From Chiloscyllium plagiosum (lineage: Eukaryota), in NCBI RefSeq assembly GCF_004010195.1, contig NC_057719.1, forward strand, positions 76,195,321 to 76,254,374: 59,054 nucleotides of DNA, read 5' to 3'. Within the stretch, counting starts at the first letter, position 1. Each line of letters begins with the position of its first letter. The notes under the pieces are model-generated. The model made no database searches, was not told the origin of the DNA, and saw only the letters and a list, made by a program, of their open reading frames with translations. Both the position numbers and the translations under genes were made by a program. Positions 11,776 through 21,770 of the stretch are shown here, in pieces.

Positions 11776-11858
11776 GGTTGGTGATGATTCGCCACTGCCG
11801 GTTCGCCACCAGCGTTTCTCCACTGGGATCACTTGACCTCTGGAGACTATTCGCCATC
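11776..11858 (+). repeat. Left TIR of the MULE (five TTCGCCA-like motifs)
   Basis: Aligns by eye at about two-thirds identity to the reverse complement of the right end once the tandem units are collapsed, e.g. TTGACCTCTGGAGACTATTCGCCA vs TTGACCACTGAAGACGATTCGCCA. Confidence 0.75.
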
Positions 11859-12085
11859 GGGAATATATATATGTACTGATTGTTTTCCCTCCCGCCTGTT
11901 CTTTCATACTTCTCAGTCCCCCTTATTTATACAACTACATATTGATAAAAAAAACAAAAATAAATATAATTTTATTGGTTTATATATAAAAATGAGTTAC
12001 AAACTTTAACCAGAGAAAGGAAACATATTTTAAAAATCTTTATAATGGCAGTAAAATCCTCACATTAACATTAAACAATGAAATT

Positions 12086-12432
12086 TCAGCTAATTTGATA
12101 GTTGTTTTTTAGATTACTTTACAGATTAGATTAGATAACCCGGGTCTCTGGCGCTGCGAGGCAGCAGTGCTAACCACTGTGCCACTGTGTCACCCATTGC
12201 ACTATTCCTCTAAGATATTCCAAACAATCTCTTTCGCCGTATTCAAGAACAATTTTTTTTATTCTATCGTCTGCGTCTCGGTACTTTTTTAGCTTTTTCT
12301 GTGGTGGCCCCTTTGTTCACATCACCAAAACTTAATACTCAAATCACTCTTGGATAGTTTATCAAAAATATATATAAAACCATCATGGTAAAACTTCTTA
12401 TTTCCACGTATACTAATAATTTCTGTTTCCAT
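12086..12432 (-). pseudogene. Internally deleted FLYWCH-MULE transposase remnant
   Basis: Hand translation: METEIISIRGNKKFYHDGFIYIFDKLSKSDLSIKFW*CEQRG (FLYWCH N-terminal half), joined out of frame to PPQKKLKKYRDADDRIKKIVLEYGERDCLEYLRGIV-[SINE]-NYQIS* (EYLRxIAHN-type transposase C-terminus). Confidence 0.8.
12105..12195 (-). mobile_element. Internally deleted HE1 SINE (head plus AATCT tail) inside the MULE
   Basis: tRNA-like head to the start of the B box, fused directly to a (TCTAA)n tail. Confidence 0.8.
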
Positions 12433-12591
12433 ACTAAAAATTCCTGTTCCAAAATACAAGCTTAAAAAAAACTTTCCTGTAACTAAAATAAGTTGTTACT
12501 GAAACAACGCAAACACTACCTTAACCAAGATAATGACAATTTTTTATACCATCAATGTTCAAAATATACGACTTACTTGTGGTGGCGAATC

Positions 12592-15000
12592 GTCTTCAGT
12601 GGTCAATGGGCAGTGGCTAAGCGTCCTCAGTGGTCAATGGGCGGTGGCTGAGCATCCTCGGTGGACAATGGGCGGTGGCTAAGTGCCCTCGGTGGTCAAA
12701 AGACGGTGGCCAAGCATCCTCAGTGGTCAATGGGCATTGGCCAAGCGTCCTCTGTGGTCAATGGGCGGTGGCGAAGTGCCCTCGGTGGTCAAAAGACGGT
12801 GGCTAAGCGTCCTCGGTGGTCAATGGGCAGTGGCTAAGCGTCCTCGGTGGTCAATGGTGGTGGCTGAGCGTCCTCGGTGGTCAAAGGGCAGTGGCTAAGT
12901 GTCCTTGGTGGTCAATGGGCAGTGGCTAAGTGTCCTCGGTGGTCAATGAGCGGTGGCTAAGCGTCCTCGATGGTTAATGGGCAGTGGCTAAGCGTCCTCG
13001 GTGGTCAATGAGCAGTGGCAAAGCGTCCTCGGTGGTCAAAGGGCAGTGGCTAAGTGTCCTTGGTGGTCAATGGGCGGTGGCTAAGTGTCCTCAGTAGCCA
13101 ATGGGCAGTGGCTAAGCATCCTTGGTGCTCAATGGGCAGTGGTTAAGTGTCCTCGTTGGTCAATAGGCAGTGGCTAAGCGTCCTCGGTGGTCAATGGGCA
13201 ATGGCTAAGCATCTTTGGTGCTCAATGGGCAGTGGCTAAGTGTCCTCGTTGGTCAATGGGCAGTGGCTAAGCATCCTCGGTGGTCAATGGGCAGTGGCTA
13301 AGCGTCCTCGTTGGTCANNNNNNNNNNNNNNNNNNNNNNNNNNNNNNNNNNNNNNNNNNNNNNNNNNNNNNNNNNNNNNNNNNNNNNNNNNNNNNNNNNN
13401 NNNNNNNNNNNNNNNNNNNNNNNNNNNNNNNNNNNNNNNNNNNNNNNNNNNNNNNNNNNNNNNNNNNNNNNNNNNNNAGCGTCCTCGGTGGTCAAAGGGC
13501 AGTGGCTAAGTGTCCTTGGTGGTCAATGGGCAGTGGCTAAGCGTCCTCGGTGGTCAATGAGCAGTGGCAAAGCGTCCTCGGTGGTCAAAGGGCAGTGGCT
13601 AAGTGTCCTTGGTGGTCAATGGGCGGTGGCTAAGTGTCCTCGGTGGTCAATGAGCGGTGGCTAAGCGTCCTCGATGGTCAATGGGCAGTGGCTAAGCGTC
13701 CTCAATGGTCAATGGGCAGTGGCTAAGCATCCTCAGTGGTCAATGGGCAGTGGCTAAGCATCCTCAGTGGTCAATGGGTGGTGGTGAAGTGTCATCGGTG
13801 GTCAATGGAGGGTGGCTAAGCATCCTTGGTGGCCGATGGGCGGTGGCTAAGCGTCCTTGGTGGTCAATGAGCAGTGGCTAAGCATCCTCAGTGGTCAATG
13901 GGCAGTGGCTAAGCGTCCTCGGTGGTCAATGGGTGGTGGCTAAGTGTCCTCGGTGGTCAATGGGCAGTGGCTAAGCGTCCTTGGTGGTCAATGAGCAGTG
14001 GCTAAGCATCCTTGGTGGTCAATTGTCAGTGGATAAGCATCCTCGGTGGCCAAAGGACAGTGGCTAAGCATCCTCGGTGGTCAATGGATGGTGGCTAAGC
14101 ATCCTCAGTGGTCAATGGGCAGTGGCTAAGCGTCCTCGGTGGTCAATGAGCAGTGGCTAAGCGTCCTCGGTGGTCAATGGGTGGTGGCTAAGCGTCCTCA
14201 GTGGTCAATGGGCGGTGGTTAACCATCCTCGGTGGTCAATGGGGATTGGCTAAGTGTCCTCGGTGACCAATGGGCGGTGGCTAAGCATCCTCGGTGGTCA
14301 ATGGGTAGTGGCTAAGCATCCTCGGTGGCCATTGGGCAGTGGCTAAGCATCCTCGGTGGTCAATGGGCGGTAGCTAAGCATCCTCGGTGGTCAATGGGCG
14401 GTGGCTAAGTGTCCTCGGTGGTCAATGGGTGGTGGCTAAGCATACTCAGTGGTCAAAGGGTGGTGGCTAAGCGTGCTCAGTGGTCAATGAGCGGTGGCTA
14501 AGCGTCCTCAGTGGTCAATGGGCAGTGGCTAAGCATCCTCGGTGGTCAATAGGCGGTGGCTAAGCGTCCTCAGTAGCCAATGGGCAGTGGCTAAGCATCC
14601 TTGGTGCTCAATGGGCAGTGGTTAAGTGTCCTCGTTGGTCAATGGGCAGTGGCTAAGCGTCCTCGGTGGTCAATGGGCAGTGGCTAAGCATCTTTGGTGC
14701 TCAATGGGCAGTGGCTAAGTGTCCTCGTTGGTTAATGGGCAGTGGCTAAGCGTCCTCGGTGGTCAATGGGCAGTGGCTAAGCATCTTTGGTGCTCAATAG
14801 GCAGTGGCTAAGTGTCCTCATTGGTCAATGGGCAGTGGCTAAGTGTCCTCGGTGGTCAATGGGCAGTGGCTAAGTGTCCTCAGTAGCCAATAGGCAGTGG
14901 CTAAGCATCCTTGGTGCTCAATGGGCAGTGGCTAAGTGTCCTCGTTGGTCAATGGGCAGTGGCTAAGCGTCCTCGGTGGTCAATGGGCGGTTGCTAAGTG
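12592..15000. repeat. 31-bp tandem array, consensus GGTCAATGGGCAGTGGCTAAGCGTCCTCGGT, about 77 units as assembled (includes a 160-N gap)
   Basis: Period read directly (GGTCAA at 12601 and 12632); units abut with no spacers. Confidence 0.97.
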
Positions 15001-16554
15001 TCGTCGGTGAATCTGCTATGGCGAATGGTCCCATCCCAGATCCATCCATAACTCTTTTTCAGTGAAACTGGATACGAACATCAAATATGTGTTTTCTCCT
15101 TTCAGGAAGAACCAAAGGCTACTGTCCCTTTAACTGACTATCCACTTACATTTTATTTAATTCTGGCCATGCTGATGTATTCACTTCTGCAGATGGAGAA
15201 ACATGTACTTGCTGTATACATCAGCATTAAAATGCACTTCCTGTACCACTTCCTTTGTAGCTCTTCTTTGATCTTTTCCCTTTCTTACTAATCCGCAAAT
15301 CTTCTAACCCTGTCAGTGTGGTATTATCCAAGCTGTGAATCAACCAATTCCTTAACTTTTGCTTTGAGACAAGAAGAGAAAGTAGGATTTATGAAGTAAT
15401 CTACTTCACCCAAGTGATTTAAAGCCAGAGTCCTTAACTGGAGCAGAAATCCTCACTTAAGCTTATAGAGTATAGAGGTCTGGGAGATGAGTGGAGAAAG
15501 ACATTTCTCAAAACCACATATGAAACTTATGGAACTGATTATGTAACACTCAGTTTCGAAGTTTAAGATAGAATGTCACATCATCTGTATCAATGATGGA
15601 GGTGAGTTGCAAAAAATAAAGAGTTAGTTCAGCTTGATTTTGGAAGTTGTTCCTTATTAATTAAATTACGAATACTATTCTGAATCTAACATGATCTAAG
15701 CCTTCCGCTCAGTCATCTCCTGAGACTGCTGGCTCAGTTAAGGAGCCAAGCCACACAAATCAAGCAAAGATAAACTGCACGGTTATTCAGATATGTACAT
15801 AATTAATAGTATCTCAGTCTTTTAGGCTACCATCATTTAAATTCATGGTGATCCATTAGTATTCTTGATGTTTTTCATTATGTTGGGTTGCACAAATTAA
15901 AAATTTAACTTGGCAAGTTTTAAAGATACTCTAACTTCATAAATAGAAGGTCATCTAAACGTTCTTTCTCGGGATCCAAATGCAAACCAAATCTCACTCA
16001 CCCATAACCCTGTGTCCATGGGTCTGTATCAGATCCCAGACCCTTGGACACCTTCATTTTAAAATTCCCATCCAGGTGCCTCTGGATTTTCCTCCTGAAA
16101 CCATTTTATCCTCCTTAATATTAACAGAAATTGAATGAGGAAATTGCAGGATAGACTCAGCAATGAAACATGGGAAACAGAGGGAGTGGTGCAAATGGGA
16201 AGAAATATTGATTCATTTTTCCAATTCAGGTGATAGCAGGCAATGTCACTGAAGTAGTCTTCAAGAAGAGTTGAGGGCCAGGGTCTGAATAGAAATGAAA
16301 CAAGGAATGTTCTTCATGCCCCATAAAAAGATGGGTGTAGCTCTGATTCTCTGTTCAAGGAAGAAGCAGAGTCCTTGTGTTACCATGATGGGGCATGGAA
16401 GTGTAGGAGACTGTACAATCATAGTGAAATGGAGATGGTTAAGGCCAGGAAACTGGAAACTATTAAAATAATGAGGAGCATCAAAAGAGTCATGGAGATA
16501 TTTGGGGAGAGACTGAACAAAGAGAGAAGAATGCTAGACTTGATTTTCAGTTGA

Positions 16555-16702
16555 TTTTAGAGTTGTGAGAGCATGGAATGCGTTGCCAGCAGCAGTTGTG
16601 GAAGCAAGGTCATTGGGGACATGGGTGCATACATGAGGATCAATGGTTGGCACAACATCATGGGCTGAAGGGCCTATTCTGTGCTGTACTGTTCTATGTT
16701 CT
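16555..16702 (+). mobile_element. CR1 LINE 3' fragment
   Basis: GCATGGAATGCGTTGCCAG...GGGCTGAAGGGCCT.TTCTGTGCTGTAC plus (TGTTCTA)n tail. Confidence 0.8.
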
Positions 16703-16999
16703 AACTGGATTCAAATGTCACCATCTGCCATAATGGAATTCAAACCCATTACTCCAGAACATTGGCCTGGGGTTCTGGATTACTAGTACAGTGACTACTT
16801 GCCACTGCCTCCCTATTAGAAGGGCTAGCAGCTCTCAAGTGTGGAAGTCCAACCATAGTCGGTTGAGCCTGTGTGTTAATCCATTATTGGAAAAGACAAA
16901 CCAATTGATACCAGGATCACAATGCCTAACATAAATATTGGAAAAAAAACATATGGAAGTGCTACTTCCATTGACAGTGAAAAGAAAATTTCAACAGAT

Positions 17000-18025
17000 G
17001 AGTCTGATGTCAGTAGTAAGTTGTTGGAGGAGATTCTGAGGGACATGAAATTGGAGAGGCGAGGACTGATTAGGGATAGTCAATATGACTTTGTGTGTGG
17101 GCAATCCTGTCTCATGAACTTGATTGAATTTGTTGAGGATGTGACCAAGAAGTAGATGAGGGCAGAGCAAAGAACTTTAGCAAAGCCTTTGGCAAGGTTT
17201 CTTTTATAGACTGGTTAGTAAAGTTAGATCACATGGGATCCAGGGAGAGCTAACCAATTGGCATGACAGTAGTAGAAAAAGGGTGATGCTTGTTTTTAAG
17301 ACTGGAGGCCTGTGACCCGTGGTATTCACTGTTGTTTGTCACTTACATAAATAATTTGGATGAGAATATAGGAAGAATGGTTAGGAAGTTTGTGCATGAC
17401 ACTAGAATTGGCAGTGTAGTTGACAGTGAAGAAGGTTATCTGAGAGTACAATGGAATCTTCAACTCTGGGCCAATGGGCCAAGGAGTGTCAGATGGGATT
17501 TAATTTAGACAAATGTGAGAAGCTGCATTTTGGTAAAACAAACCAGGTCAGAACTTGCACCGTTAATGGTCAGGCCCTTGGGAGTGTTGGTTTCAGATCC
17601 ATAGTTGAAACTTTATTGCTGGAACAGCACAGCAGGTCAGGCAGCATCCAGGGAACAGGAGATTCGACGTTGAGAAGCTGCATTTTGGTAAAACAAACCA
17701 GGTCAGAACTTGCACCGTTAATGGTCGGGCCCTTGGGAGTGTTGGTTTCAGATCCATAGTACCTTGAAAGTGGTGTCACATTTAGACAGGATGGTGGAGA
17801 AGTGTTTGACATGCTTTTCTTCAATGGTCAGAGCACTGAGTAGAGGAATTGGGACAATACATTGAAGCTGTACAGGACATTGGTGAGACCACTTTTAGAA
17901 TACTGAGTATAGTTCTGGCTGTCCTGATATAGGAAGGATATTACTAAATTGGAAAGGGTGCAGAAAAGATTGATGAGGATGTTGCTGGGACTAGAGGGTT
18001 TGAGTTATATTGAAAGGCTGGTATG
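17000..18025 (+). mobile_element. Degraded CR1 RT fragment
   Basis: SCLMNLIEFVEDVTK, FVTYINNLDE..KFVHDTRI, QMGFNLDKCE. Confidence 0.85.
17606..17670 (-). mobile_element. 65-bp Penelope 3' fragment flanked by a 90-bp direct duplication
   Basis: GCTGGAACAGCACAGCAGGTCAGGCAGCATCC..GATTCGACGT between two copies of CR1 sequence (17516-17605 and 17671-17760, one mismatch). Confidence 0.85.
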
Positions 18026-19437
18026 TTTTTGCTTAGAATATAGAACATTACAGCATAGTACAGGCTCTTCATGCTCTTGTGCCAACCTGTGAAACCAATC
18101 TGAAGGCCATCAAACATACACTATTCCATTACCATCCATATGTTTATCCAATGACCATTTAAATGCCCCTAACGTTGACGAGTCTACTACTGTTGCAAGC
18201 AGGGTGCTCCATGCCCCTACTACTCTCTGAGTAAAGAAACTACCTCTGATATCTGTCCTATACCTATCACCCCTCAGTTGAAAGCTATGTCCCCTCATGC
18301 TAGCCATCACCATCAGAGGAAAAAGGCTATCACTGTCCACCCTATCCAATCCTCTGATCATCTTGTATGTCTGCATTAAGCTACCTCTCAACCTTCTTCT
18401 CTCTAATGAAAACAGCCTCAAGTCCCTCAGCCTTACCTCATAAGATCTCCCCTCCATACCTGACAACGTCCTAGTAAATCTCCTCTGCACCCTTTCCAAT
18501 GCCTCCGCATCCTATAATCGGTGACCAGAACTGTACACAATACTCCAAGTGTGGCCGCATCCTTCTACATCCTCATCCAGGTCATTTTTGAAAATGACAA
18601 ACAGCAGTGGCTCCAAAACAGATCCTTGTGGTACACCACTAGTAAGTGAACCAGGATGAGCATTTCCCATCTTCTAACAGCTAGCCAATTTCTGATCCAA
18701 ACCACGAAATCACCCTAAATCCCATGCCTCTGTATTTTGTGCAATAGCCTACCATGGGGAACTTTATCAAACTCTTTACTGAAATCTGTATACACCACAC
18801 CAACTGCTTTACCCTCATTCACCTGTCTGGTCACCTTCACAAAGAACTCAATAAGGTTTGTGAGGCATGACCTATCCTTCACAAAACCGTGTTAACTGTC
18901 CCTTAGAAAATTATTCCTTTCTAGGTGATTATAAATCCTATCCCTTATAATCCTTTCCAACATTTTACCCACAACTGAAGTAATGCTCACTGGTCTATAA
19001 TTACCAGGGTTGTCTCTACTCCCCTTCCTCAATAAGAGAACATTTGCTATCCTCCAGTCTTCTGGCACTATTCCCGTTGACAATGATGAAATGAAGGTCA
19101 AAGTCAAAGGCTCTGCAATCTCCTCCCTAGCTTCCCAGAGAATCCTAGGATAAATCCCATCTGGCCCAGGGGACTTATCTACTTACACACTTTCCAGAAT
19201 TGCTAACACCTCCCCCTTATGAACCACAATCTCCTCTAGCCTAGTAGTCTATATCTTAGTATTCTCCTTGACAACATTGTCTTCTTCCTATGTGAATACT
19301 GATGAAAAATATTCATTTAGCATTTCTCCTATCTCCTCGGCCTCCACGCGCAACTTCCCAATACCGTCCTTGACTGACCCTAATCTTACTCTAGTCATTC
19401 TTTTCTCCTGACATACTATAGAAACCTTTAGGATTTT

Positions 19438-19731
19438 TTTAGATTAGATTACTTACAGTGTGGAAACAGGCCCTTTGGCCCAACAAGTCCACACCGACCC
19501 GCAACCCACCCAGATCCCTTCACCTAACACTACAGGCAATTTAGCATGGCCAATTCACCTGACCTGCACATTTTTGGATTGTGGGAGGAAACCGAAGCAC
19601 CCGGAGAAAACCCAAACAGACAAGGGGAGCATGTGCAAACTCCACACAGTCAGTCACCTGAGGCGGGAATTGAACCCGGGTCTCTGACGCTGTGAGACAG
19701 CAGTGCTAACCACTGTGCCACCGTGCCACCG
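19438..19731 (-). mobile_element. HE1-type V-SINE (AATCT-tail subfamily)
   Basis: tRNA head, V-domain and tail all present. Confidence 0.92.
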
Positions 19732-19767
19732 TTCCTTGATCCTATCTCCAAAGACTTCTCATGATCC

Positions 19768-20110
19768 GGCACGGTGGGCGGCATGGTGGCAGTGGGCGGC
19801 ACGGTGGCACAGTGGTTAGCACTGCTGCCTCACAGCGCCAGAGACTCGGGTTCAATTCCCACCTCAGGCGACTGACTGTGTGGAGTTTGCACGTTCTCCC
19901 CGCGTCTGCATGGGCGTCTCCGGGTGCTCCGGTTTCCTCCCACAGTCCAAAGATGTGCAGGTCAGGTGAATTGGCCATGCTAAATTGCCCGTAGTGTTAG
20001 GTAAGGGGTACATGTAGGGGTATGGGTGGGTTGCGCTTCGGCGGGGCGGTGTGGACTTGTTGGGCCGAAGGGCCTGTTTCCACACTGTAAGTAATCTAAT
20101 CTAATCTAAT
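19768..20110 (+). mobile_element. HE1-type V-SINE (AATCT-tail subfamily) with reiterated 5' end
   Basis: GGCA(C/T)GGTGG occurs three times before the A box; V-domain; (AATCT)n tail. Confidence 0.92.
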
Positions 20111-21375
20111 CCCTCCTGGCTCTTCTTAGTTCTTTCTTTAGGTCTTTCTTGGCTAACTTGTAACTCTCAAGCACCCTAACTGAGCCTTCACATCTCATCT
20201 TTACATAAGCCTCCTTATTCCTCTTGACAAGAGGTTCAATTTCTTCAGTAAACCACAGTTCCCTCACTCAACAATTTCCTCCCTGCCTGACAGGTAAATA
20301 CTTAGCAAGGATATGCAGTAGATGTTCCTTGAACAAGCTCCACATTTCAATTGTGCCCATCCCCTACAGTTTCCTTCCCTATCCTATGCATCTTAAAACT
20401 GGCCTAATCGCATCATAATTGCCTTTCCCCCAGCTATTACTCTTGCCCTGCCATATATACCTATCCCTTTCTGTCGCTAAAGTAAACATAATTGAATTGT
20501 GGTCACTATTGACAAAGTACTCACCTACCTCCAAATCTCCCACTTGGCCTGGTTCATTACCCAGTACCAAATGCAATATGGCCTTACCTCTTGTTGGCCT
20601 GTCTGCATACTGTGTCAGAAAACCCTCCTGCACACATTGGACAAAAACTGACCCATCTAAAGTACTCGAAATATAGCGCTTCCAGTCAATATTTGGAAAG
20701 TTAAAGCCCCCATAACAACTACTATCTTAATCTCATTCCTGTCCAGAATCCTCTTTGCAATTCTTTCCTCTGCATCTCTGGAACTTTTTGGAGGCCTATA
20801 GAAAACTCCCAACAGGGTGACCTCTCCTTTCCTGTTTCTAACCTCACCCCATACTACCTCAGTAATTGAGTCCTCATCAAATGTCCTTTCTGCTACAGTA
20901 TTACTGTCCTTGACTAACATTGCCATACCTCCCCCTCTTTTCCCACCTTCCCTGATCTTACTGAAACATCTAAATCCTGGAACCTGCAACAACTATTCCT
21001 GTCCCTTCTCTATCCATGTCTCCAAATGACAACATTGAAGTCCCAGGTATCAACCCATGCTGCAAGTTCACCCACCTTATTCTGGATGCTCCTGGCGTTG
21101 AAGTAGACACACTTCAAACCATATTCCTGCCTGCCGGTACACTCTTATGACCTTGAAAACGTATTTATGACTTCACTGCTCTCAATCTCCTGTACACTGG
21201 AGCTACAATTCAGGTTCCCATCCCCCTGCTGAATTAGTTTAAACCCTCCTGAAGACCATTAGCAAATTTTCTCCCTAGGATGTTGATAGCCCCTGGTTCA
21301 GGTGTTGACCATTCTGTTTGTAGAGATCCCATCTACCCCAGAATGAGCCCCAATTATCCAGGTATCTGAATCCCT

Positions 21376-21770
21376 TGGAGCGTAGGAGGTTGAGGGGTGA
21401 CCTTATAGAGTTTTACAGAATCATGAGGGACACAGATAAGGTGATTAGCAAAGGACTATTCCTGAGGGTGGGAGAATTCAAAACTAGAGGGCATTGTTTT
21501 AAGGTGAGAGGGGCAAGATTTGAAAGGGACCTGTGAGGCAATGTTTCACAGAGAGTCATATGTATGTGGAATGAACTGTCAGAGGAATTGGTACATGCAG
21601 ACACAGTTATATTTAAAATATATTTTAGCAGATAGATGAATATGAAAGATTTAGAGGGAGATTGGCCAAATGGATTCAAATGGGACTAGTTTAGTTTGGG
21701 AAATCTGCTCAGCATGGGCGAGCTGGACTGAAGGGTTTGTTGCTGTGTTATATGATTCTGTGTCTCTATA
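21376..21770 (+). mobile_element. CR1 (HER1-like) 3' fragment
   Basis: GAGCGTAGGAGGTTGAGGGGTGACCTTATAGAG...GGACTGAAGGGT tail. Confidence 0.85.

Larger units (their letters stand above)
11776..15038 (-). mobile_element. Non-autonomous Mutator-like (FLYWCH/Phantom-type MULE) DNA transposon with a satellite-expanded TIR
   Basis: GATCCATCCA direct repeat at 11766-11775 and 15039-15048; imperfect TIRs built of TTCGCCA-like motifs; FLYWCH and MULE C-terminal peptide remnants inside. Confidence 0.8.
18036..21375 (-). mobile_element. Large disrupted CR1 LINE (end of ORF1 esterase, endonuclease, RT, tail), interrupted by two HE1 SINEs
   Basis: GFRYLDNWGSFWG at ~21340-21375; PGFRCF..RGGG..LGVFYRPP; PEDWRIANV..GNYRPVSITSVVGK; ERVQRRFTR..RRRLRG. 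Confidence 0.9.

Noticed and set aside
12683..13664. Repetitive ORFs in the array
   Set aside because: By-products of a 31-bp period cycling through frames, partly extended by N runs
12592..15000. CRISPR-like array (31-bp repeats)
   Set aside because: Units are contiguous with no unique spacers, there are no cas genes and the context is vertebrate; it is a tandem repeat inside a transposon TIR
15090..15160. Strong splice acceptor TTTTCTCCTTTCAG next to the MULE
   Set aside because: No matching donor or recognisable reading frame downstream
19790..19865. tRNA gene (A and B boxes)
   Set aside because: tRNA-derived head of an HE1 SINE, continuous with the V-domain and tail; the same applies to the other HE1 heads
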